A stretch of DNA of 64,000 nt from Paramoeba atlantica (taxonomy: Eukaryota; Protista; Discosea): assembly GCA_977017575.1 (NCBI GenBank), contig CDRNVI010000044.1:434001-498000 (forward strand), read 5' to 3'. The notes below the pieces were generated by a model that saw only the letters and a program-made list of their open reading frames with translations, ran no database searches and was not told the DNA's origin. The position numbers were made by a program, and so were the translations under genes. Positions 32,614 to 42,784 of this stretch are shown here, piece by piece (the stretch's first letter is position 1; every line of letters starts with the position of its first letter).

Positions 32614-32889
32614 TTATACTGGGGTGACCAACACCACGCTATCCCCTTTTAATAAAAGTGTCTCTCCCTGAGAAACTCTGTCTCCGGACTTCCAGACCTC
32701 TACTGGATTGCCCAAAACAAGATTCATGAATTCATCCATGCCAAGAAGTTCACCCTCAAGGCTATAATTCGCACTGTGAAGCCATACGGACACACGTCTC
32801 TGCTGTTGGACCATCTCGAAAAGGACATGAGCTGGATCAGCAAGAGTTAAATCTTGTTCAAAAGCATCCCTTCCGGACATAATTGTCAT
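32614..32889 (-). CDS. SmE: Sm E snRNP core protein
   Basis: P..VLFEMVQQQRRVSVWL...LEGELLGMDEFMNLVL...LLLKGDSVVLV. Confidence 0.85.
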   Translation of the reverse strand: MTIMSGRDAFEQDLTLADPAHVLFEMVQQQRRVSVWLHSANYSLEGELLGMDEFMNLVLGNPVEVWKSGDRVSQGETLLLKGDSVVLVTPV

Positions 32890-33080
32890 TGAAAGATGAT
32901 TGATAAATTCAAATAAAAGCTCCTACGGCAAAGAGTATGCTGTTTGCTAAGAGAAAAACTAGTTCGGTCCATGAAAAACAGGAAACTTGGGAGTAAAAAA
33001 GAATTACAGAGAGGTAAAGCAAAGAGACTCGACGTATTTTTAAAATATTTCTAACATAGAAGTGTTTTTAATTACAGTTC

Positions 33081-34358
33081 TTAAGATTCAGATTGGATAC
33101 CGGTGAATAGCCTACAATTCAGTGTATGTTTCCCAAGAGGAAATGGAAGCACCACCTTCCTACCTTGAAGAAAACGCATAGCTTCGGAAATATCAGCATG
33201 ATCAAACTTTAAGGTAAGAGTCCTCAATTTTCGGTAATACCGAACACTCACCTCAGTGAAAAGGTGAAATTTAATGTAATTAATAAGAAATTGTGCTATT
33301 ATTTCCTGCTCCGCATGGGAAAAGGGGCGAAGTACAGAATCAGTCAACTCTAGGGAGGGATCGCGATTCGCATTCGAAACAGCTATTCCCATGTTGTCCA
33401 ATGCGATTATTGACCTATGATCACTAGAAAAATTTTCAACTGCATTTTTATTGGAACTGGTATGCTCCTTACCTTGCTTGTGTCGCAATGTTGGGTCAAA
33501 CGCTATTCCCTTTTGGTGAAACTCAGCGATTGAACAAGAAATGCAATATTTTGGGGTTATGTAAGTGCCGTTCAAAAGCTCGACGGCTTGCGCAGCACAT
33601 TCTGGTTTTTGATATGTGATCAGAGCATCTCCATTGCCACCAGAGTACAGTTTAACTTTTTTGGTACGAGTACGTGGATCTCTGCGAAGAGGTCCGACTT
33701 TCTCAAATAAATCAATCAACGTTGGGAGGTCGATCATTGTTGAGTCTTTAGGAAGACCTGAAACGTAGACGTTCGCATTAGCCTTAAGATCAAACCATTC
33801 AGAGGCGGACTTTATTTCTTCAGCTTTTGGGACCTTCTTCGAACTCAACTTACGTCGTTTCGTGCGCTTCACTTCGACGCGTGCTTCGCCGTCTCCGTTT
33901 GGAGCGTCATGAAGGCAGTATTCTTCTCCAGAAATTTCTTTTAAAGCTTTAGCTTCCTCCAAGTTATTTATCTCGTGTTCTCCACATTCAGATGCGAGTA
34001 TGTCGCACGGTTTACAAATATTCGCTATTTTGCAAGCGAGCAGGTACCTTTTAATCTGATCGAAATCTTGAGGACATGATGACGACGTGTCAAGCAGAAA
34101 TTGAAGTAAATCTTTATCCAAAGCTCCTCGTTCCTCATCTACATCCAAAAATTCCTTTTTATTGCCATCAGAAGCATGGTTTAGAACATCCAAAGAAAAA
34201 TTATTATCGGCAAGTACATACCATGCATGCAGAGAATTCGAGTTTATTTTTGATTCTTCGTATTCCCGGATGTCATCGCATGAAAACGGCCCCTCGACCT
34301 TCGGGATGTAATCGCGTCCGATATGATGAAAGTCAATACGAAACCAAAGACGGGTCAT
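33081..34358 (-). CDS. Tat-SF1/Cus2-like RRM splicing factor
   Basis: WFDLKANANVYVSGLP, FEKVG...DP.T...KVKLY, GDALITYQKPECAAQAVELLNG, ISCSIAEF. Confidence 0.8.
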   Translation of the reverse strand: MTRLWFRIDFHHIGRDYIPKVEGPFSCDDIREYEESKINSNSLHAWYVLADNNFSLDVLNHASDGNKKEFLDVDEERGALDKDLLQFLLDTSSSCPQDFDQIKRYLLACKIANICKPCDILASECGEHEINNLEEAKALKEISGEEYCLHDAPNGDGEARVEVKRTKRRKLSSKKVPKAEEIKSASEWFDLKANANVYVSGLPKDSTMIDLPTLIDLFEKVGPLRRDPRTRTKKVKLYSGGNGDALITYQKPECAAQAVELLNGTYITPKYCISCSIAEFHQKGIAFDPTLRHKQGKEHTSSNKNAVENFSSDHRSIIALDNMGIAVSNANRDPSLELTDSVLRPFSHAEQEIIAQFLINYIKFHLFTEVSVRYYRKLRTLTLKFDHADISEAMRFLQGRKVVLPFPLGKHTLNCRLFTGIQSES

Positions 34359-34631
34359 GAAAATTCTATGCGTTCTAAAAGCCCCCAGTACAAATTAAAT
34401 TGCTCAATTATCTTCAACCCGATAAAGGTACATTAAAAAGTATGAGTATTTTAGCAAATTAAGAAAACATGTGGAATATTTTAGCAAAGTAAAAATCAGG
34501 AAGAAAGAAGTCTAAGTCAAAATGCTTTTTTCAAGCACAAAAAAGTGAATAAGAGCTAAACTACCATTCATGAATATCTTTTTCTTTCTATTGAGAGAGA
34601 GCCTGGTTTGTAGAGATAGAATGTTCGTAAT

Positions 34632-35430
34632 GTTCAGAATAAGGGATGTAACTGATGGCTTGGATCATGATTTCATCACACAGGGGAAAACAAATTGGCA
34701 TCATGTTAAGAAATCACATTTTGACTCAAAATATCTCAAAATTTTTGAGATATTTTTCAAATAACGTTTTCCATGGAAAACGTTTATAAAACAAATGGGG
34801 GCTCACTCGCAGCCACTCAATTATATAAACCTAATTTCGACAGGTATTATTCACATGTGTGAGGAGTGTTTGCCTAAAAATACGGAATATCAAGTGCATA
34901 CAAGTGTATATCGTTCAGAATAAGGGATGTAACTGATGGCTTGGATCACGGTTTCATCACACAGGGGAAAACAAATTGGCATCATGTTAGGAAACCAGAT
35001 TTTGAGATATTTTTTAAAGGACGTTTTATATGACGAGGTTTCACTCGCAACCACTCAATAATAAATCTAATGACCAAATTCTTGTTACTCTTTGTTGGGG
35101 GTATGCTTTTTTGGTCTGAAAGGGCCTTTTTTGTTCATGAGTGCGTTGATTTTCTGCCCAGACAACCCCTCAACTACGCCATTCGCTCCCGCGTAACCCT
35201 CCTCAACCAGCCCAGACACCCCCACCCGCCGACCCGCCTAGCCACCCCCACCCCCTCCAGCCCCTCTCCCGAGCCATATCCTTGTTACTGGGGGTCAGCA
35301 CAAAAATGGCCAATTCTCTGTTACTGGGGGTCTATTACTGGGAGGTATACGATATACAGTATCGTTCAGAATAAGGGATGTAACTGATGGCTTGGATCAT
35401 GATTTCATCACACAGGGGAAAACAAAATGA
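34632..35430. repeat. Three direct repeats of about 75 bp (GTTCAGAATAAGGGATGTAACTGATGGCTTGG...)
   Basis: Copies start at 34632, 34913 and 35364; copies 1 and 2 share additional downstream sequence. Confidence 0.9.
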
Positions 35431-36068
35431 CATCATGTTGAGTAAGGAAGTAGATTTCTTGATCACTAACATCATAAACATATTTATAATGAGAATAACT
35501 GCAAACGTAAACGCAGAAGAAAAAAATCATGAATTCAGGGATCCCGATTTATACTTCGCTTGTCAGACCCTGAGGTGTCGCCAAAAGAGAAATTCTTATG
35601 CAATAAATTCTTATGGAAGTTACTGTTAGCATATTTTGCTATCTATTGCATATTTTTCTGTTAGCATAAAATGCTCGCATGGCTGTGACAAAAAAATAGG
35701 AACTCAAAAACTCAAACAGCTCTCAAAATACATCCTAATAACGTTTCTACCATGCGATTGCCACTTGGCGCAAGAAAACACTCATCGCCGCGAAGTGGAG
35801 CATGCTCATTGAAAGGAAAGAGGGAAAAACAGATTGCAAAAAATGCGGGAAGAGCAGACGTGACGCGCTGCAAACATTTTCGGGAGACAGAGAAGAGAAT
35901 GAGCTACATTGTATATGAAAGGCTTGTATATGATATCCAAGGAATCTACTTGCAGGGAATATGAAACGTTTCGCCAAAATATGGGGCCTGTAAATGAAAA
36001 AAAGAGTCTCGCAAGCCAACCTCTCGCAAGTAAACGTATTGTTCGCAGAATAACTAAATTCGTAGCTC

Positions 36069-37040
36069 TCATACTATCTTAATTGTAGGTTGCGAAAAAG
36101 GATTGTAGGAGCGAATAACTTCTACAGAGGCATCCACCGTAAGCTCGAGTTTGGACGAAAGCTCAGACGCAGTAATAACACCGCGAAGATAATTTCCATG
36201 AAGCCGCAACCTGCATAGCGATTCTGGCAAAGCAGATAAATCTATGTTTCCCCAAAAATGATTTTTCTCAACACAAAGATGTAAAAGTTGTGGCGGAAGT
36301 GACAGAAGAAACAGCTTCCCGCAAAAACAGTTTGAGGATAGGTAGACTCTCTGCACAGCTGAAGGGAGATGAGCCAAATCCAAGGGACCGTCCAGTCGAT
36401 TAACGCTGAGGTCTAACTGGAGAATAAATGATGGCAAAAATTGTAGGAACACATCTCCATTGAACGTGTTCTCCTGTGCTGTGAGCAAAGCAAGTTTAGG
36501 AGGGAGAGAAGTTAAGTCAATATGACCGTCCAATTGATTCGACTGAATTTGCAGAACACGTAATTCCGAAGGAAGTAATGTAAAATCAATTGACCTAGAA
36601 AAAGTATTCCTGCGTAAAAAACAAGTTTGCAAAGATCTATGTCGATCGCTTAGATTTATATCCCCTCCAAGTTCATTATCACTTAAGTCAAGGTAGCGCG
36701 TAGTGCTCGGTAGCCATTCCCAGCTGAGATTACCCCGCAGTACTCTCCGATGCTGATCTCTTAGAAGAGCAATAGAAACCAAATTTCCATTTTCAATCCC
36801 AAATTTTATACCTGCCCAACTTTGTAGAGGCGTTGAAAGCCTCCACGACATATCTTGCGTCGTAATTTTGTGGAAAAATTTGGTCACAGCAAGGGTAATC
36901 GTGCCGTAGCTAGATACTGCTGGCATTTCCGAGTGGCCAGAGGTGACGTCATTGGCTTGATATGTAATGCAATTACAGTAAATAACGAACACCCAATATG
37001 TAATGTTGCAGAACACTGAAAATGTATTACCTGTTCTCAT
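36069..37040 (-). CDS. Leucine-rich repeat protein
   Basis: WAGIKF cap followed by repeats LP..L..L.LS.N.L.G.IDL. Confidence 0.9.
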   Translation of the reverse strand: MRTGNTFSVFCNITYWVFVIYCNCITYQANDVTSGHSEMPAVSSYGTITLAVTKFFHKITTQDMSWRLSTPLQSWAGIKFGIENGNLVSIALLRDQHRRVLRGNLSWEWLPSTTRYLDLSDNELGGDINLSDRHRSLQTCFLRRNTFSRSIDFTLLPSELRVLQIQSNQLDGHIDLTSLPPKLALLTAQENTFNGDVFLQFLPSFILQLDLSVNRLDGPLDLAHLPSAVQRVYLSSNCFCGKLFLLSLPPQLLHLCVEKNHFWGNIDLSALPESLCRLRLHGNYLRGVITASELSSKLELTVDASVEVIRSYNPFSQPTIKIV

Positions 37041-37659
37041 TCTCCAATTTCTCGAAGCAGAAAGAGGTACGAGCGGCGTGCTGAACGGAGTTTCATATAG
37101 GAAAACGTGTAAATAGAAAAAGCTTAATAGTTGAACTGCATGTATTTACCAAATTCTTTCAAATTGTAAAAAGAATGAAAACCAGTTTTCAGGAACGTGA
37201 CCCAAACGCTAGTTTAAGTCACTAGAGCTTTGCATCACTAGCCCATAGAAAATGCGACTGTTTAAACAATATTCTATAAATTTTGAGGACGTACACGCGT
37301 CGATACATAGTATGCATAGGTATGTATCTACAGGTTTGTATATATAACGATCATGAGCAACACATTCATTATAAGGTAACAAATGTATACAACAAGATGT
37401 AAAAATTCACATGCAGAGAAAAATATCTAAACGTGTCAAAAAAAGAATCGTGTTTGGTGCAAAAGTGTCGATAGGTTTCTCAACTTGGACTCAGCTCAAA
37501 TCGCCTTCGAAAGACGTTTCTTTACCATTAAAAAAGAATCCTTCACACTTCCAAAATTTTCTCCGCATTCGATGTGAACGTAGTGAAAAACTTCCGTGCT
37601 CATTGCATCTTCACCATATCCGTCTCCGACCCCGAATTGGAAAGCGGTCCCACACACTG

Positions 37660-39861
37660 CTAAAATGCCGCAAGAAGCTGAATATGATCTTTTCCCCAAT
37701 CAAACGGCTCTCCTTGGCTACGCAAATACTTTCCTAGCAGCGACATACGCCTACACTGGTCCATGCGAAGTGCGGGCGTTAGATTAATTTCATACAACAC
37801 CATCTTCGCGACCGCACTCGTAATATCCCGTACCTCCCGGGAGACTAGATACCACATCAGGTCGACAAACCGCGCGCTGACATCCACCAGCGAGGTGTGC
37901 TCCGTTGGGTTAATACTCTCGGAGTCTAATCCGGATGAAGAATCTCCTTGCAGCTCCCGGCGTAACTTCACTACTCCTCGTACCGCAGAGACGGCCGTCC
38001 GGGTAAGACGCATTGTGTTTTGAAGCGATTTGGAAACCGACTTCACTTCTCCACGGAGCTGAGCCTTGAAGTCATGCGTGGCTCTCGCCTGGTACTTTCG
38101 ACTCACTCGGATGTATTCGCTACCGAGGAGATGCAGAACAGCTTTTCCTAATGGCGACTCGGCGATGGACTGTGTTTGGGTGAATAAAAAGTCCGTTGAT
38201 GTAGGCGTGATAATGTCCACGTACGGATTTAGGGGAAGCAGTAAACAGGTTAATTGCAATGCGAGCCTCGCACGCCGCATTTCTTGAAGTACCCGGAGCT
38301 CATCCCGTCGTAGAAGAACGCCTTCCATAAAATGCAATCCGAGAAGCGTCGGTCCTATAAAGCACTTGAGGGATTCCCCCCCAAGTGCTGTGAAGACACG
38401 ATCGGTAACACTCGCATTTAGCTTTTCTAAATCTCGGACTTGTTGCACGGCTTTTAGACCTCCTTGGTTGTACTTCTCCCGGAGGACATCATTGGAGAGT
38501 ACTTGATAGGCCTCGCTGATCTTTTGAAAAATAACTTTCGAGGTTTCAACGGTTTGAGGATTCCGATCCGGGTGGTGCAGCAGAGCTAACTGCATGTACG
38601 CCGCCTTGATTTTACTCCCGCTAGCATCGGGGCTAACACCCAATGTTTCATACAAGGTAAGATCGCAGTATTCGGACGTTGTCTTTTGCAAATCCTCTGG
38701 GGAGGGGGTATCCACCTGTGACCGCCTCTTTGCAACCTCCAAAATCTCCGACATTTTCCTCCCCGAGGTAGCCCAGTACGTGTTTTCCTTCACCACATCA
38801 TACTCGCACCACTCACAGCGATCATGGTCCCATACCTTCTCATTCGAGGCAAACTGATGAATCGCCTCCGGGGTATTCACCACGCCGCGAACCACCTGTG
38901 TGGCCCCGGCAACACACCCCGCAAGACTCATCACGGTACCCGCGGCGAGGCCTTTGACCAATCCCGTGGCCACGCCCCGTGCCCCGTGAGCGCGTCCGGA
39001 GGCCACGGGGGTGGCAATGGAGGACACCACTCCCCCGGCAACCCCAATGCCCACATTCTTCGCGCCGCTCCACAGACCCGAGAGCGCGCTGCGGGGACGT
39101 TCCACGGAAAAGATATCCGAGAGGGGTCCCAGGAACGTGTCCTCTGTGTCTTCTTGAGGATATGAAGAAGTGTGAGTGTCCCCCTCAGATCGGGGGCTCG
39201 GACGGTCATAGGGATCAAACAAAGACTGTAAAATTTCCCAAAATGGGGTTTCACTGTTCTTTTTGTCCCGTCGCTCACGAAGCACCGTGATGGTTTCTTC
39301 GCTAAGAGCCTCAAGGTGGGGGTGAGTGGATTCAGAGGCCGCTGGAACATAACTGCTGGATTGGAAACAACCCATGTGACGCTTGGAGGGAAGATTGGAT
39401 AGCTTACGACACACGTACAGTTTTTGGGTTGTGCTAGGAGTAGCGTTCTGTGTGAATGAGGAAGGACAGTCTGCACGGATACAACTGGATAATGACAGTG
39501 TAGGGCTCGCTAAAGAAACCCATCGCAGCTGCAAAATTTTAGGGGTTTCTGGATCATACGACGATACTCCGTCGGAGGCAGGAAAGAGCTCCAGCACCTC
39601 TGTTCCAAAGCCAGTCACTTGCTCTTGACTTAAAGAGGCCAGCGAGCATGCTGATAAATGCGGGGAGGATGGAACAGACGAATTACGTACAATGCAATAG
39701 TCGTCCGTTGCCTTCGAAGTTGGATGAAAAATTACTGCGTTTCGAGTGCTAGGAGAAAGTTTATTCCAGTTAATATAACATTGCGGCAGCATGAAAAAGG
39801 GATAAAACCAAATACTACAATAGTCTAATGATTGATTTGTCATTAAGGATTCTTCAAACAT
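37660..39861 (-). CDS. DnaJ protein with J domain and DnaJ-X-like C-terminal region
   Basis: LYETLGVSPDASGSKIKAAYMQLALLHHPDRNP...FQKISEAYQVLSN..LREKYN; upstream SGLWSGAKNVG...GVATG region. Confidence 0.9.
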   Translation of the reverse strand: MFEESLMTNQSLDYCSIWFYPFFMLPQCYINWNKLSPSTRNAVIFHPTSKATDDYCIVRNSSVPSSPHLSACSLASLSQEQVTGFGTEVLELFPASDGVSSYDPETPKILQLRWVSLASPTLSLSSCIRADCPSSFTQNATPSTTQKLYVCRKLSNLPSKRHMGCFQSSSYVPAASESTHPHLEALSEETITVLRERRDKKNSETPFWEILQSLFDPYDRPSPRSEGDTHTSSYPQEDTEDTFLGPLSDIFSVERPRSALSGLWSGAKNVGIGVAGGVVSSIATPVASGRAHGARGVATGLVKGLAAGTVMSLAGCVAGATQVVRGVVNTPEAIHQFASNEKVWDHDRCEWCEYDVVKENTYWATSGRKMSEILEVAKRRSQVDTPSPEDLQKTTSEYCDLTLYETLGVSPDASGSKIKAAYMQLALLHHPDRNPQTVETSKVIFQKISEAYQVLSNDVLREKYNQGGLKAVQQVRDLEKLNASVTDRVFTALGGESLKCFIGPTLLGLHFMEGVLLRRDELRVLQEMRRARLALQLTCLLLPLNPYVDIITPTSTDFLFTQTQSIAESPLGKAVLHLLGSEYIRVSRKYQARATHDFKAQLRGEVKSVSKSLQNTMRLTRTAVSAVRGVVKLRRELQGDSSSGLDSESINPTEHTSLVDVSARFVDLMWYLVSREVRDITSAVAKMVLYEINLTPALRMDQCRRMSLLGKYLRSQGEPFDWGKDHIQLLAAF

Positions 39862-40094
39862 TCTTCAAAGAGCTTGCTTCATTAGAGTACCAAAGCGTAT
39901 TGACTAGTAAATTTTCATGTCACTTGCTTACTATCAACCATTACTACGAAGCTGTACCCATTCTTGTGTACTACTGTAAAATATTCCGTTAAAATGCATG
40001 TAATATCACCCTCGATTCCCCACGATAAAATATCAATAATAGAGTATCAAAACAAAATTCATTTTGTTATTTCTTATAGAAAGAATCCCCCACT

Positions 40095-40838
40095 TCAGCG
40101 TGCGAGCTGTATTCCCACGTCCACAACGGAAGGAGGAGGCATTGGAATAAAGGATTGAAAATAATTGCTTTCTAAACTGAGATATTCAAGAGAGGGCGGA
40201 AGATTTCGTAAATCCGGTACGCCGACAAATTGGTTTTTATGCAACAGCAACCGTCTCATACTTTGTGGTAATGCGTGTAGCTCAAGCTCTCCTCTGAATC
40301 TATTTTTGCATAAACATAGGTAGGTTAGTGTGGCAGGAAGGCATGTTAACGATATAGTTCCTTCCATAAGATTTTGAGTCAACGCAAGACGAACCAAAGT
40401 GCACGGCAAACGTGTTAGATCTGCCGATCCGTTCAAAAAATTCTTAGAGATACGGAATGTTTGGATTAGATGAGGAAGGTCAGACAGTGTAATTTCTCCA
40501 TTGAACATGTTACACGAAAGATGAGCTTCGATAAGAGAAGATGGAAGCCGACTCAACACAACAGAGCCGTCGATTTCTCTGCCATCCCAATTTAGAGATA
40601 TGACGTTTTCCGCTGCATCGCATTTCACCCCTGACCACGCCGACGCGGTATTGTATGTGGTCCACGAAGGATGCTGAGTGCCAAAGCTAGAAATAAATCG
40701 AGACAGTTCATATTGAGGTGGTAGTACAGTCCCCCGAACTTTACTCGGAGACCTTACTGAGCTGTCAGAACATTCCAGTTCTAAAAAAGGAAAGAACCAG
40801 AACTCTTTCGAAAGGATTAACAAGTACGGGCAGAACAT
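40095..40838 (-). CDS. Leucine-rich repeat protein
   Basis: SAWSGVKCD cap; LP..L..L.L..N.F.G repeats; paralogous to 36069 and 51517. Confidence 0.9.
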   Translation of the reverse strand: MFCPYLLILSKEFWFFPFLELECSDSSVRSPSKVRGTVLPPQYELSRFISSFGTQHPSWTTYNTASAWSGVKCDAAENVISLNWDGREIDGSVVLSRLPSSLIEAHLSCNMFNGEITLSDLPHLIQTFRISKNFLNGSADLTRLPCTLVRLALTQNLMEGTISLTCLPATLTYLCLCKNRFRGELELHALPQSMRRLLLHKNQFVGVPDLRNLPPSLEYLSLESNYFQSFIPMPPPSVVDVGIQLAR

Positions 40839-41097
40839 TACGTTTTCCAAAAAAAAATATTAAGAAAGTTCAAAACTGTGAAAAATATTGCGTCGCAATA
40901 AAATTATAGTAGTAAGGGGGGTACAGTACCCATCCAGACGTTTATGCCATCCCCCCCGAACCTTTTTTGCGCAGCTTTTAGGGGTAGCTTGGGGAGGTCA
41001 CTCGCTCGGCGAATGTAAGAACGGCTTTCGCGCCCAAGTTGACAAGTGAACTTTTTTCGTCACACCAAATAATAAACCCCCCACAGCGAATAAGTCA

Positions 41098-42713
41098 CCC
41101 CCCTCTTTTTTTGTACAGGGGGGGTAAAGGGGGTTACGGCACCGCTTTGTCGTTCAAAATTTTGAGATCTCCACGTTCCCGCTGTTTTCAGCTCATTTTA
41201 AAAATTTCAAAATAAAATAAAATAAAAATTTTCACTTTTTCCCAAAAACGCCTAAATCCGCATATCGGTTGCCGAAAGGGGGACTTACAAACAGTGGAAA
41301 AGTTCTATTGAGGATGAGATACGGTCAAGGTGTATCAAAAAAGCAATTGTCTCGTGATTTTAACCTCCCAGTAAAGATTGTGAGAAAATACCTTAGCGAA
41401 AAAAACTTGACCCCAGAATACACTTTGAGCCCTGAAAGAAAAAAATGTATTGAATCTCGAAGAAATAGAATAAAGAAAATTATTGCCCCTCTCGATCCCG
41501 CCGGTGTGCCAAAAATTAACTCGGCTAGGCGAATAAAGGCTAAACTACACTGCCGCCAAAAATTTTTAATTGCTGTCGAAACCGGACAACTTTTAATTTA
41601 AAATTCAATAATTTTTGCGCCAATAATTTTTGTAGAAATGTGTACATGCACAAATCTTGGGCTGTGGGAAATTAAGCGCCCCGTCGTAGTGTTTTCACGT
41701 TCTTATTGACTACCGTGTGTTGGTGGGTTGCTCGTCTCATGACCTTCATCAGGTAGGAGTGAAATGGTGCGAGGGTGCATTCCAACAGAGATGAAGCCGA
41801 GGTATCTGATCGCGTGTGTCAACATTGTAAAGTTTATGAAGGTATACGTATTAATGAATGTTCATAAGCAGAAGGCATAAAAATTTATCATTGTAGTCTT
41901 ATTGGTAGATGAAAGCAAAGCACGTATTAAAGAAATGCAGATAATGTTGCGTAGAATGATGAATCACAAAAAATGGCCCTCGTTGACCATCTCGAATGGT
42001 TGACGAAAAATAAATAATAAATATAACGCAGACAAAAAACTACAATTTTTAATTTAAAAATCAATAATTTTTGTACCATGAATATTAGCGACAATAAAAT
42101 TTGGCTGGGGTGTAAGTGGGGGAGATACTAAAGTGTCTCAAAGCACGGTGCTTCATGATCTTTCAATCATGGGGTATAACTATAATGCTAGGCCCGTGTG
42201 CCAAGGACTCACAAAGTTACAAAAAAGAAAAAGAGTAGCCTTTTCAAAGAAATACAATATGGATACATCTCGCGTCGTCTTTACAGACGAAAAAATCTTT
42301 GATACTAATGATGGCCGAAAGAATATGTGGGTAGCACCCGGTGAAAAAGCCGGTCCACTTCAAAAAGTACGCTGGGCATACGATGTCAAGTTTGGGGTGC
42401 TATAGGAGTAGGGTGGAAATACTTAGTTGTTCTGGACTCTGACTCGTCTATCACGAGCATGTCCTACATTAAGACGTTAAAAAAGGTACCTTTCCCACGG
42501 AAGTGTATTTTTCAGCAGAACGGGGCCACGGTACACACCGCACGCGCCTCTAAGGAGTATATTACGAATAGAATGAAAGATCTATTGAAAAATTGGCCCC
42601 CCAATTCACCAGACCTTTCCCCCATAGAAAACGTCTGGTCTATGTTCCAAGAGGTAGTGGACGAGAAGACCCCATCAGTAGATATATCTTTTTTTGTTAA
42701 TTTTACGAATTAA
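41098..42713 (+). mobile_element. Tc1/IS630-like DD35E transposon copy 1, degenerate
   Basis: HTH N-terminus 41269-41547; VVFTDEK, VWGAIG (frameshift), FQQNGA, WPPNSPDLSPIENVW. Confidence 0.9.
41548..42112. mobile_element. MITE nested in the Tc1 transposase, TA target duplication
   Basis: TA-CACTGCCGCCAAAAATTT...AAATTTGGCTGGGGTG-TA; removal restores IKAKL-SGGDTKVSQSTV in frame; internal 30-bp direct repeat (28/30). Confidence 0.8.
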
Positions 42714-42784
42714 CACAGATTAATGTTACACAGACAAATGTCCCCCCTGTATTAGTGTAATACAGGTATTACCCACCTGTAATG

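Noticed and set aside
34645-34705. Hammerhead-like CTGATG...GAAA in the triple repeat
   Set aside because: A9 is G, there is no G10.1-C11.1 pair, and no stem III/UH site
41588-42073. 30-bp direct repeat as the long TSD of a retro-insertion
   Set aside because: Both repeats lie inside the TA-flanked MITE, whose removal alone restores the frame
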